Source of the DNA: Ranitomeya imitator
Taxonomy: Eukaryota
Direction: 5' to 3'
Length of the DNA: 64,000 nucleotides
Assembly: GCF_032444005.1 (NCBI RefSeq)
Contig: NC_091291.1
Span: 20,336,001 to 20,400,000 of the forward strand
Position numbers and translations under genes: made by a program. Every line of letters starts with the position of its first letter. The stretch's first letter is position 1. Below are positions 13,140 to 23,579 of the stretch, piece by piece. The notes below the pieces were generated by a model that saw only the letters and a list, made by a program, of their open reading frames with translations, had not been told where the DNA came from and made no database searches.

Positions 13140-13194
13140 TAATGAACCAGAAAAGTGAAATTAAGAAGCCGATTCTGGAGAAAAGCAAGTAAGT
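13140..13194 (+). promoter_or_regulatory. Putative non-coding first exon end and splice donor of receptor 1, containing an IRF-E-like motif
   Basis: AA|GTAAGT at 13189 is conserved with the paralogous donor at 29025. GAAAAGTGAAA is at 13150-13160. A matching acceptor TTTGCAG ends at 13876, 40 nt before the ATG. Confidence 0.6.
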
Positions 13195-13916
13195 AGCCGA
13201 TGTAGATGTCATGTAACCACCGGAGGACGTGTAGTGGCGCTGTCGGTGAGAAGACCCGGAGCTGTTATAACCTCATCAGATAAATCTGTTTTTTTCCCCT
13301 CTTATAAGCCACTTCTCCACTCATCTGCCTCTTGACCTAATTTTTTGCTTAGAGAAACTGCTAAAATCAGACTTGAGCTTACTGAGAGATCAGATTACAG
13401 CCGCCAATTGAAGATTTCCCTATGTTTCTGCTGATTATGAAGACATGCTTCATCAAAGACAGGGGAGTAGGAATAACTCATGTCTCACAAAAGTTTATTT
13501 TGAAAGGCAGGTATCGTCTAATAAAAAAGTAAATCCTTCCTATTAGAGGGATAGCGACAAAGATCAGCTGTTGGCCGGGAGCCCTGCTTTTATGGTTCCT
13601 TTTTTGATTCGTCAGCCTGGCTTCAGTGTTGGGGCACGGCGCACACACAAAGTCGCGACAAGCCAGCTAATCGAAACTGTAAATGTGTTATTTATTTTCT
13701 TTAGACAATGTTGTGAATGGTTGGCATGAAAAGTTTTGCTCATTCTTTGGTTTTTCTAGATGCTCTCTAGAGACGGTAAAGCCAATGATAAAATACCAAA
13801 GCCTCTATATTAAGACCATTGGAGATATAGTAGTTTTCAATTATTTTTAATACTCTCTTTACATTTAAATTTGCAGATTTGTTTGACGAACTGTCCAACT
13901 ATCCAAACATAAAGTC

Positions 13917-14927
13917 ATGGAGAACAGCACAACAGCGGCGTATCCAACCTCCGGTATTCCACTCCTGATGGGCACTTCTAATCCCACCGATTATTATTAT
14001 TATGACATAAGTGATGAAGAGCATGCAATATCTTCTATAAATTACTTAGTTTTGGTGATGTACTCTTTGACGCTTCTATTGGGAACTCTCGGAAACGGCC
14101 TGGTTATCTGGATCGCAATCTTCAGGATGAAGAAGACAGTCAACGTCATTTGGTTCCTTAACTTATCAATTGTTGACTTATTCTTCGTATTATTCCTCCC
14201 CTTGCGCATCATCTACATGGCTAATGGTTTCAACTGGCTCTTCGGAAACTTCATGTGTAAGTTTAGCAGCATGGTGGCTTTCATCAATCTATATGTAAGC
14301 GTCTTCCTGCTCACCGCCATCAGTATGGACCGTTGTGCCTCTGTCATCTTCCCAGTATGGTGTCGGAACTACCGAACTCCGAGACTGGCTTTAACCTTTG
14401 TCATAGCTATCTGGATAATGGCTATTTTGTTAAGCTTACCCCATTTTATTTTTCGAGATACCATCAAGCAAAATGATCATATCGTTTGTTATAACAACTT
14501 TGAACTTGATGAGTCCTCAGAAGATGGTATTTACCGCCAAAAAATGACGGTGATGATAAGATTAATTGTGGGATTTTGCATTCCTTTCACCATCATTGTC
14601 ACATGATACTCTGTGATTGCCATACATATCCGAAAAAAACACTTAGCCACCTCTTCGAAGCCCTTCAAAGTCATAATCGCCGTGATAATTGCCTTCTTCA
14701 TATGTTGGGCTCCTTATCATATTTTCTCCATCTTGGAATTTCATTCATATTATCACGAAAATTATTATTTAAATAATAGAATTCGCTTTGGGATTCCTAT
14801 CGTCACCAGCCTGCCGGCCTTCATGAACAGCTGCGTCAATCCTTTTCTCTACGTATTTATTGGTCGGGATTTTAGAGATAAATTCTGTGGCTCTTTCCAG
14901 TCCATTTTGGAAAAAGCTTTTTCTTAA
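13917..14927 (+). pseudogene. CMKLR1/GPR33-like chemoattractant GPCR paralogue 1, with one in-frame nonsense codon in TM5
   Basis: 7TM motifs GNGLVIW, WFLNL, MDRC, CWAPYH and NSCVNPFLYVF. TGA at 14604-14606 sits where paralogue 2 has TGT (Cys). The frame continues to TAA at 14925-14927 with no frameshift. Confidence 0.93.
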
Positions 14928-15675
14928 AACTCTAAATGTCCTGAAGACCAAGTCCAAGGACCATCTAATCCTTAAAGAGTTTGCACAACTTTTCAAACCA
15001 TAGTGATAGAAGCCGGGTGTTCCAATGGTTGGGTTTCTTTTAGAGATTTACCTTTACTTTTTATTTTAATTCAATTATTTGTTGAAAAGACATTTGTGGA
15101 ACCAGTATTGAAACCATCATGGACATCAAAAGAAAGCAATGATTACATTGGTACAATCTTAGCTATTAATATGAACAACAAATTAGTTTATAACCAGAAT
15201 GACGGTGAAAATTTAGAAGATTGCTTGCAACAAAAAATAAAATCAATATAAGGATGATCTGGAGATTGACCTGTTTGTTCTGTTCTTTATTGGAATTTAA
15301 GCGGATTATTGCCCCAAAGAAAAGCGATGGCAAAAAAACATATTTCAGCAATGTAGAATACATCACATCTGCCCAGCTGCAAGGCTCCTCCAGCCTACAA
15401 GTTTTGACCGACCATCTGGACCTACGTTGTGTTTTCTTTTTTTTTGTTTTTTTACTTTACTTTTTCCCGAGAGCCATCACTTTTAGATACTTTCTGTTGA
15501 TAATATCGTATAACAGATCTTTGTTTCTCGGGGACTCGTTTTACTTTTAAACTCTACCATTTAACTCTTTAAATTCCTGTAACATACAGGAAAGTATGAA
15601 GCAACTTCAAGAGACAGGCCGGTTTCATGCTTGACGTGATGGATGTCAGCTATTGCATTTTTTGCCTGTTACTGT

Positions 15676-16564
15676 TGTGGCACCCCTAGGGGTATTTGCC
15701 ACAAAAATAGTTACTGACAGTAAGTACAAATATTAAAATAGCAAGACTGCACTACCACCTCCGGCCAGAAGGGGGAGCTCCAGAGACTCCCCTTGATCCA
15801 TTCTGGTCTGAGAGAAGAAATGGCAGTTGGGCTAAGGAGCTGATAGTGAGAGGTCATACAGTTGAATCTCTAACAGCCCTGTGACTGTTACCAGGCCTAA
15901 ATCACCGGCCTGAGGAGAAGAGGGACAGAGAAAAAGGACATTGTGAGAACCGGGTAGCATTAATCACTACCCAGAACAGGCGCAAAGACGGATACCGGAT
16001 CCGTGGCTGTATTCATTATATATAATACAGCAACCGGAAAAACGTGAGGTGATATCAGCTTCACTAGGGCCAGACGCAGCAACAGACACAGAGTTCAGCG
16101 GTACTCCCAGAGGGGGTAAACCGATAAAAGGACTCGGGTTGCCTGTCGAACCAGGACCCGGAGGGGACAGATTGGGCCGGCAGCCAGTTCACATACAGCA
16201 GCAGGGCCACACAGAAATTGCGCACAATAAGAGGCGAAGACCCCGGCAGGGTCAAAGTAACTCAGAGTTCCCATACAGACTCCGGTGACAGGACTGGTTG
16301 TAAATCCTTTTATGTTAAAGTAAACTGGTTAAACGTTTCAGTGCCTCAGTCTTTCATTTGGACAATAGCCATCTATCCAGGATCGGGATCGTCACCGCTG
16401 GGAGAATCTGCTGCTGATCAAGTAAGTGCCTGTTCCCTCACGATACCCTTTACACTGTGCATTGCCTGAGGCCACAGCACTGGGTCAAGCCACCCGTGAC
16501 ATCCCCCTCAAGAGACAGACTCCATTGGTCCGGTGCTGGGTATCCCGGTCTCCTGGGCGTCACA
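15676..16564 (+). repeat. 5' LTR
   Basis: TGTGGCACCC...GGCGTCACA. I counted 7 substitutions against the 3' LTR by eye. Confidence 0.97.
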
Positions 16565-16566
16565 AT

Positions 16567-16584
16567 TGGCGTCACGAACAGGAT
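16567..16584 (+). other. Primer binding site, complementary to the tRNA-Ser(CGA) 3' end
   Basis: TGGCGTCACGAACAGGAT is the reverse complement of ATCCTGTTCGTGACGCCA, which I recall as a vertebrate tRNA-Ser(CGA) 3' end. It starts 2 nt after the LTR. Confidence 0.85.
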
Positions 16585-17034
16585 CTAGCCAGCCCGTATA
16601 CCGGGTATTGTGTGCCGTGATTGGAGCCCAAAACTGTGAAAACTGGGATGAAAAATCTTGAAAATTGACTTTATTAAAGAAAAATCCATTCCCCATTGAA
16701 AACTATTGAAAGTGACTTTTCCCCATTGGTTATAATGGAGTAAAGATGGCCGCCATCCCCTGAGGTAATCACTTCATAACCGTTAGGCACGAGACTGTTA
16801 ATTGAGCTACGCCATCACCTGAGCCCCAGTCTAACTGAAAAACTTCAGAATCCGCCATTACAGAGCACGGTGGGTGGGAGCAGCAGGGGGCGTGTCATTG
16901 TGGGCGGCACCAAGCTGAGCGCTCTGACATCAGAGCAAGGGGAAAATCGATCCTGCTGCACAGCGGAACGAATCTACACTATCCCGACGGAAGCGGAGGA
17001 CCGGAAGGGTCCGGATTAACTAAGGGGGCACAGT

Positions 17035-18075
17035 ATGTCGCAGCACGGAGACGCCGCAGCGCCCGGCAACGCTAATGCAGCTAAAAGACAGAGTGTCAAT
17101 AGAGAGTCCGGCAGCGCAGCGGTGCAAGGAGTGGCGCCCATCATGCCGGTGCTGATGCCATATACCCCGGGTGGCCCATGGCTTCTAATGTATGAAGGTG
17201 AGCCTAATACCCTTGGCGATTTCAGAGAAAAGATGCTGGCCCATTTTGACATGTTCCCTGTGGGTGAAGTTCAGCGTGTTAGTCTCCTGATGATGCAGTT
17301 AAGTGGCCATGCTAAGCGAGAAGTCACAGCATGGGCAGCTGATCTAAAAGGCACTGTTGAACGCATATTTGCTGGATTAAAAGCTACATTTGAAACCACG
17401 GCCAGCAGCAAAGCTAAAATACGATTCTTTAGTTGCAAACAAAAAGCTAATGAGGGCGTGAGAGACTTTGCCTTAAACCTGCAGGAAGCCCTTAAATCAC
17501 TTACACTGGCTGAACCCATTTTTAACACCGGAGCGGATAAACTGCTAAGAGATCAATTTATTGAGGGACTCTACACCCCTTCTCACCGGGGGCATGTGAG
17601 CATGCTTGTTTTTAAGAACCCTGAATTGACATTTGCCCAATTAAAGGAGAGCGCTATACGTCTCCAGCTGGCAGAGGCACCTCGGGATCAGGATCCTGCA
17701 CAACCCATGGCAGAGGCTCCTCAACAACAGGGAGTGCCAGTGACATCAGCTATGTCCGGGGCCATTGCTAAGCCCCTGGGGCCCAGTACTAATGAGGCTC
17801 TTCAACAAAAGCTTGACTCTTTAGCTGATGTTGTTGCTTCAATGGCTAAAACCATGCAGGAGATGAGAGGACACAAGATGGAGTTGGCAAACTGTAGAGA
17901 GGATGTTCCATGGATGAGACCCCGGAGATACCCGACATGGAGAGGACGACCCCGCGACCGCTACCAACCGGATGGACAGCCCATTTGCCGCCGTTGCCAG
18001 CAGCCGGGCCACTTTGCACGAGATTGTGATTTAAACGGGAATCCCCTGGGAATGCGGGCCGCTTCGCAGGAATGA
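17035..18075 (+). CDS. gag: Gypsy Gag, 346 aa
   Basis: C-terminal CCHC zinc knuckle CRRCQQPGHFARDC and capsid-like LRDQFIEGL. First ORF after the PBS. Confidence 0.93.
   Translation: MSQHGDAAAPGNANAAKRQSVNRESGSAAVQGVAPIMPVLMPYTPGGPWLLMYEGEPNTLGDFREKMLAHFDMFPVGEVQRVSLLMMQLSGHAKREVTAWAADLKGTVERIFAGLKATFETTASSKAKIRFFSCKQKANEGVRDFALNLQEALKSLTLAEPIFNTGADKLLRDQFIEGLYTPSHRGHVSMLVFKNPELTFAQLKESAIRLQLAEAPRDQDPAQPMAEAPQQQGVPVTSAMSGAIAKPLGPSTNEALQQKLDSLADVVASMAKTMQEMRGHKMELANCREDVPWMRPRRYPTWRGRPRDRYQPDGQPICRRCQQPGHFARDCDLNGNPLGMRAASQE
18030..18070 (+). other. -1 programmed ribosomal frameshift signal (slippery T TTA AAC plus a GC-rich structure)
   Basis: The heptamer at 18030-18036 is in gag codon phase (gaT TTA AAC). 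The -1 frame is open (FKRESPGNAGRFAG) straight into the pol ORF MNFQGP. Downstream GCGG-GC-CGC and CCTG/CAGG pairings are possible. Confidence 0.8.
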
Positions 18076-18902
18076 ACTTTCAAGGCCCAACACCCTGGCA
18101 CGACAGGTACATCGGAGGACGACCCATTATCCCTATCGTGCTGGACGGAATTCCCCTCAACGCTTTGCTGGACACAGGTTCCCAGATTTCATCTATACCG
18201 TATATCCTTTATAAGAGGTACTGGGCTGATGCAGATATTGATAAAGGGCCCTCTGATGTTGAACTAGATATATGGGCCAGTAATGGTAAGTTGGTACCGA
18301 AACTAGGATTCAGGGAGATGACCATAAAGATTGGTAAAGTAGAACTGAAGAAACAGGGTATAATTGTTGTTGATGTTGACCGGCGGAACTGTGAACCAAC
18401 TGTATTGATAGGAATGAATGTGTTAGAGAACTGCTTTTCCGAAGTTATTTCTGTCTTACAGCAAATTGCTGAAACTGCCCAATCCTGCCAGCAGAGAGTT
18501 CTCCGGAGGGAAATAAAAGTATTGATGTTAAGGCAACAGGTAGAAGTTGCAGGTGGAGAAATCGGCAGTGTGAGGGTAAGTGATCCAACATCTATTGTAA
18601 TCCCACCAAAAACAGAAATGCTGGTATGGTGTAGAGCAGCCATTGGTACTAAGGGACGAGATTATCAAGCCTTAATAGAACCAGTGTACACCGACAGCAG
18701 GCCCACTATACTCACAGCACGAGGGGTAGTCGAGGTACACCGGGGACGAGTGCCGGTACGACTTTTGAACTGTGGAGAGGAAGAGGTCACTTTGCCAAGG
18801 TATGCTACAATGGCAAAGCTATATACTGTTGACAACAATGCCATCACAACCATTGAGCCCTTAGAACCAACCTGTCAGGTGGAAGGCAATGGCTCAGATT
18901 GA
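18072..18902 (+). CDS. pol: Pol N-terminal part: aspartic protease plus a degenerate dUTPase-like spacer, ending at an in-frame TGA
   Basis: ALLDTGSQIS protease motif and LIGMNVL. TGA at 18900-18902 is in frame with the downstream RT ORF. Confidence 0.88.
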   Translation: MNFQGPTPWHDRYIGGRPIIPIVLDGIPLNALLDTGSQISSIPYILYKRYWADADIDKGPSDVELDIWASNGKLVPKLGFREMTIKIGKVELKKQGIIVVDVDRRNCEPTVLIGMNVLENCFSEVISVLQQIAETAQSCQQRVLRREIKVLMLRQQVEVAGGEIGSVRVSDPTSIVIPPKTEMLVWCRAAIGTKGRDYQALIEPVYTDSRPTILTARGVVEVHRGRVPVRLLNCGEEEVTLPRYATMAKLYTVDNNAITTIEPLEPTCQVEGNGSD

Positions 18903-18905
18903 GAA

Positions 18906-21900
18906 ATGGAGGATTGGTGCCAACAGCTACACGTGGGCATAAATTCAACACCTACCCATCAAAAACAAGGGGTGTATAGGCTAGTGACGGAATATGAACA
19001 AGTCTTCAGTAAACACCCATTGGACTTCGGACGGATAGAAGGGGTAGAACACACAATCCCCACAGGTGACCATCCCCCAATAAAAGAAAGATATAGACCC
19101 ATACCGCCCGCTCACTATCAATGTGCAAAAGATATGCTGAGGGAAATGAAACAGGCCGGGGTAATAAGAGACAGCTGTAGCCCCTGGGCGGCCCCTCTAG
19201 TGATTGTCAAAAAAAAGGACGGAACCATGAGAATGTGCGTAGACTACCGGAAGATTAATAACATCACCCATAAAGACGCCTACCCCTTGCCTAGGATAGA
19301 AGAGTCCTTAACTGCTTTGAAATCTGCTAATTATTTTTCCACCTTAGACTTAACAAGCGGGTATTGGCAAGTCCCTGTGGCTGAGAGAGATAAGGAAAAG
19401 ACGGCATTCACCACACCAATGGGTCTATGTGAATTTAATCGCATGCCGTTCGGACTCTGCAACGCATCCGGTACCTTCCAGCGGCTGATGGAATGCTGCC
19501 TCGGACACAAGAACTTCGAGACCGTCCTCCTGTACCTAGATGATGTGATCGTCTACTCAAAGACTTACGAACAACACTTAATAGACCTGGCAGAAGTGTT
19601 CGAAGCCTTATCCAGGTATGGCATGAAAGTCAAGCCATCCAAATGTCACCTTCTCAAGCCAAAGGTACAGTACCTGGGACACATCGTGAGTTCGGAGGGA
19701 GTAGCACCAGATCCCGAGAAAATAAGCGCCATAAGGGATTGGCCAAGACCTACCAGCGCAAAAGAAGTGAGACAATTCCTGGGATTGGTGGGTTACTATC
19801 GCAGATTTATAAAAGGATTTACCAAGTTGGCAGCACCCTTGCAAGACACCTTGGTAGGGCAGACGAAGAAACCTTCAAACCGAAACCCTCCTTTTCAGTG
19901 GAACGACGAAAGGGAAGACTCCTTTGAACAACTAAAGAAGGCACTAACTGGAGAAGAGGTTCTGGCATACCCAGATTACCATCAACCTTTCATCCTCTAC
20001 ACCGATGCCAGTAATGTGGGACTAGGAGCGGTGCTGTCACAAAAGCAAGAAGGTCGGGAGAAAGTCATCGCCTTTGCAAGTAGAAAGCTCCGGCCTATTG
20101 AAAGAAATTCAGAAAATTACAGCTCCTTCAAATTGGAACTACTGGCAGTAGTTTGGGCTGTGACGGAGCGTTTCAAACACTATCTGGCCGCTGCAGAATT
20201 TATTGTCTATACTGACAACAATCCGTTGACCCACCTGGACACAGCCAAATTAGGTGCGTTAAAACAGCGATGGATAGCCCGGTTATCTAATTACAACTTC
20301 ATAATCAAGTATCGAGCAGGTCGCAAGAATGGAAATGCCAATGCCCTGTCCCGGATGCCACACTTGAGAGATGTAGAAGAGGAAACGGGGGAGCTTGAAG
20401 AAATTGAACTACCAGCCTTCCATCGTCCCAAGGCAAAACATCATCAGTCAAGTACCTATCAGAAACAACAAGAGGTGAATTTTAATCCGTTAGCACACCA
20501 TAGATGGGCTGACACCCAAGACAGCAATCCGGCTGTGAAGTTGGTGAAGGAACTGTTGACTGAGCAAAGTGCATATCCCGATGAGGATGCCCCAGAAGAG
20601 ACGCATCAACTCTGGAAAGAGAGAGGCAAAATGTTCCTGTATCAAGGGAAGCTCTGTAGAAGATACACCAATCCGAAAACACATGAATTGGTTTGGCAGA
20701 TTATTGTGCCTAAACAAGATGTGAAGATGGTCCTCGAAGCTTACCATAATGGTGCTGGTCACTTCGGTTGGAAAAAGTTAGAAGTACTTCTAAGAGAAAG
20801 ATTTTATTGGGTCGGGATGAGAAAATCAATCGAACAGTGGTGCAGAAATTGTGGCCCGTGCAACCTCAGAAGAAACGATCAAAAGAACCAAAGAGCACCA
20901 CTGCAGCCCATAATCACCAAACAACCACTTGAACTTGTAGCCATAGACCACGTGAAGTTGACACCAAGCCAGTCCGGCTATGTCTATGCCTTGACCATCG
21001 TGGACCATTATTCACGCTTCTTGGTAGTAGTACCCGTAAAAGATCTGACAGCAAAAATAGCAGCCAAAGCGTTCCAAACATACTTTTGTAGACCCCATGG
21101 ATATCCGGAACAGGTTCTCACCGACCAAGGTACAGCCTTTGAATCAGAGATCTTCAGAGAATACTGTAATATGTATGGTTGCAAAAAGATCCGGACGACG
21201 GCCTATCATCCACAAAAAAACGGCTTATGCGAGAAGATGAACCATATTGTAATAGAACTACTAAAGACTTTACCTGAGACAGAAAGGAATCAATGGCCAG
21301 AGAAATTGCCTGACTTGGTGGATCTGTATAATCATGTCCCGGTGAGCTCCACCAATTGCACCCCAGCTTACCTTATGCGTGCAAGACCCGGCCAATTACC
21401 AATCGATCTAGAAATGGGAATTCTGAAACCAGACGCAGAAGTTCAAGACTCCAATTGGGATATCATACGGCAAAAGCAGTATCGCCAAGTGCAAGAGAGT
21501 GTGGAAAGAAGCCTTCAGCAAACTAGAGAAAGACAAAAGCGAACTTTCAACCAGAATGCTCTAGCGACCCCATTAAGACCGGGTGACCAAGTGCTCAAGA
21601 GAAATCGTCGAACCAATAAACTGGACAATCAGTGGGAAGCCGTACCCTACACAGTTTTACCAACAAGAGTGGATAATCCTAAAATGTGTCTCATTAGCAA
21701 AAACGGAGGCTTAACATCTGTACTAGTGCCAAGAGACAATCTTAAATTGTGTCCGGAAGCATTGAAAGAGCCAGACGTTGTCCAGCCAGAACCAGAAGTT
21801 ATTCAACCCATACAGGTTCAACCAGTAAAAGAAAAAGAAGAGGAAGTGTATCACACCTGTATAGGAGACTTTCCCAAAACCCTACTAACATACCATGGTG

Positions 21901-22208
21901 CAGTAGTGGTTCCCATGGTGGCCTTTTACCCAACACCGAACCCAATACCAGAAGTCCCAAGACAGGAAGAGGCTGACCCCGTACTACAGGAGGTTCCAGG
22001 CCAGGAAGAACAGATTCCTGGTCAGAGTAATCCCATTCACGGTGGACTTGCCAACTCCATAGTCGTGGAATTATCTTTAGCAGAGCGGGCAGATACTACA
22101 TCCGCAGTAGACAGTAGTACACCACATGAAGAGACACCGCTATTACGTAGATCACAGCGTAGTACCCAGGGTCAATTACCGGCCAGGTATGCAGATTACC
22201 AACTATAA
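18906..22208 (+). CDS. pol: Pol: reverse transcriptase, RNase H and integrase (1100 aa)
   Basis: SPWAAP, CVDYRKIN, LDLTSGYWQV, YLDDVIV, RNase H TDASNVGLGAVL, integrase HHCC (H..GH...C..C), and a D,D35E core (AIDH, TDQG, CEKMN). Confidence 0.97.
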   Translation: MEDWCQQLHVGINSTPTHQKQGVYRLVTEYEQVFSKHPLDFGRIEGVEHTIPTGDHPPIKERYRPIPPAHYQCAKDMLREMKQAGVIRDSCSPWAAPLVIVKKKDGTMRMCVDYRKINNITHKDAYPLPRIEESLTALKSANYFSTLDLTSGYWQVPVAERDKEKTAFTTPMGLCEFNRMPFGLCNASGTFQRLMECCLGHKNFETVLLYLDDVIVYSKTYEQHLIDLAEVFEALSRYGMKVKPSKCHLLKPKVQYLGHIVSSEGVAPDPEKISAIRDWPRPTSAKEVRQFLGLVGYYRRFIKGFTKLAAPLQDTLVGQTKKPSNRNPPFQWNDEREDSFEQLKKALTGEEVLAYPDYHQPFILYTDASNVGLGAVLSQKQEGREKVIAFASRKLRPIERNSENYSSFKLELLAVVWAVTERFKHYLAAAEFIVYTDNNPLTHLDTAKLGALKQRWIARLSNYNFIIKYRAGRKNGNANALSRMPHLRDVEEETGELEEIELPAFHRPKAKHHQSSTYQKQQEVNFNPLAHHRWADTQDSNPAVKLVKELLTEQSAYPDEDAPEETHQLWKERGKMFLYQGKLCRRYTNPKTHELVWQIIVPKQDVKMVLEAYHNGAGHFGWKKLEVLLRERFYWVGMRKSIEQWCRNCGPCNLRRNDQKNQRAPLQPIITKQPLELVAIDHVKLTPSQSGYVYALTIVDHYSRFLVVVPVKDLTAKIAAKAFQTYFCRPHGYPEQVLTDQGTAFESEIFREYCNMYGCKKIRTTAYHPQKNGLCEKMNHIVIELLKTLPETERNQWPEKLPDLVDLYNHVPVSSTNCTPAYLMRARPGQLPIDLEMGILKPDAEVQDSNWDIIRQKQYRQVQESVERSLQQTRERQKRTFNQNALATPLRPGDQVLKRNRRTNKLDNQWEAVPYTVLPTRVDNPKMCLISKNGGLTSVLVPRDNLKLCPEALKEPDVVQPEPEVIQPIQVQPVKEKEEEVYHTCIGDFPKTLLTYHGAVVVPMVAFYPTPNPIPEVPRQEEADPVLQEVPGQEEQIPGQSNPIHGGLANSIVVELSLAERADTTSAVDSSTPHEETPLLRRSQRSTQGQLPARYADYQL

Positions 22209-22681
22209 AGCTCATAATGTGAATTGTATATATGTTATGCCGTATATAGTTAAACAGAAAATGTAGTATAGTCATTGTTATCAGTCTGCAACGTTTAAGC
22301 CCAGTGCCTACAGAGACTTGTCTGTATGAACTTATTGCATATTCTTGAACTTTTTATCAGCCCGGAGGCACTAAATCAAAGCTCCGGAAAGACTGCTTTT
22401 TGAACTTTGCTTTTTGCTCTTTTTGAACTTTCTTTAGACTTTATATTGATAACTCCGTTGGAAAAATGGAACTAAATTCCTGGACACTAAGTACAGTGCC
22501 TTTCCTAATACCTTCAAGGATAGGACTGTATTAATGGACGCTATTTGAAGTGACTTTTTACAGAACTCTATTTTTGTTTCCTTGAGTGGTTTTTGTAACT
22601 TTTCATTTTTAAGACTCTGTACATATTAATTGTTATTTCAAAATGTTATTGTCCCACAGTCCCGGAGTACTGTTCTTAACT

Positions 22682-22690
22682 AAGGGGGAA
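22682..22690 (+). other. Polypurine tract
   Basis: AAGGGGGAA lies immediately before the 3' LTR TG. Confidence 0.85.
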
Positions 22691-23579
22691 TGTGGCACCC
22701 TTAGGGGTATTTGCCACAAAAATAGTTACTGACAGTAAGTACAAATATTAAAATAGCAAGACTGCACTACCACCTCCGGCCAGAAGGGGGAGCTCCAGAG
22801 ACTCCCCTTGATCCATTCTGGTCTGAGAGAAGAAATGGCAGTTGGGCTAAGGAGCTGATAGTGAGAGGTCATACAGTTGAATCTCTAACAGCCCTGTGAC
22901 TGTTACCAGGCCTAAATCACCGGCCTGAGGAGAAGAGGGATAGAGAAAAAGGACATTGTGAGAACCGGGTAGCATTAATCACTACCCAGAACAGGCGCAA
23001 AGACGGATACCGGATCCGTGGCTGTATTCATTATATATAATACAGCAACCGGAAAAACGTGAGGTGATATCAGCTTCACTAGGGCCAGACGCAGCAACAG
23101 ACACAGAGTTCAGCGGTACTCCCAGAGGGGGTAAACCGATAAAAGGACTCGGGTTGCCCGTCGAACCAGGACCCGGAGGGGACAGATTGGGCCGGCAGCC
23201 AGTTCACATACAGCAGCAGGGCCACACAGAAATTGCGCACAATAAGAGGCGAAGACCCCGGCAGGGTCAAAGTAACTCAGAGTTCCCATACAGACTCCGG
23301 TGACAGGACTGGTTGTAAATCCTTTTATGTTAAAGTAAACTGGTTAAACGTTTCAGTGCCTCAGTCTTTCATTTGGACAATAGCCATCTATCCAGGATCG
23401 GGATCGTCACCGCTGGGAGAATCTGCTGCTGATCAAGTAAGTGCCTGTCCCCTCATGATACCCCTTACACTGTGCATTGCCTGAGGCCACAGCACCGGGT
23501 CAAGCCACCCGTGACATCCCCCTCAAGAGACAGACTCCATTGGTCCGGTGCTGGGTATCCCGGTCTCCTGGGCGTCACA
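22691..23579 (+). repeat. 3' LTR
   Basis: Direct repeat of 15676-16564, followed by the TSD CTGT. Confidence 0.97.

Larger units (their letters stand above)
15676..23579 (+). mobile_element. Full-length Ty3/Gypsy LTR retrotransposon, young
   Basis: TG...CA LTRs of 889 bp, 4-bp TSD CTGT (15672-75, 23580-83), PBS, PPT, and gag then PR-RT-RH-IN order. Confidence 0.98.

Noticed and set aside
14604-14606. TGA at a Cys position read as selenocysteine or programmed readthrough
   Set aside because: I see no SECIS-like hairpin downstream, the context TGA-TAC is not the leaky TGA-CTA type, and no selenoprotein GPCR is known. A nonsense mutation is simpler.
16049-16696. Short ORFs in the LTRs (also 23064-23484)
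   Set aside because: Duplicated only because the LTR is duplicated. No domain similarity.
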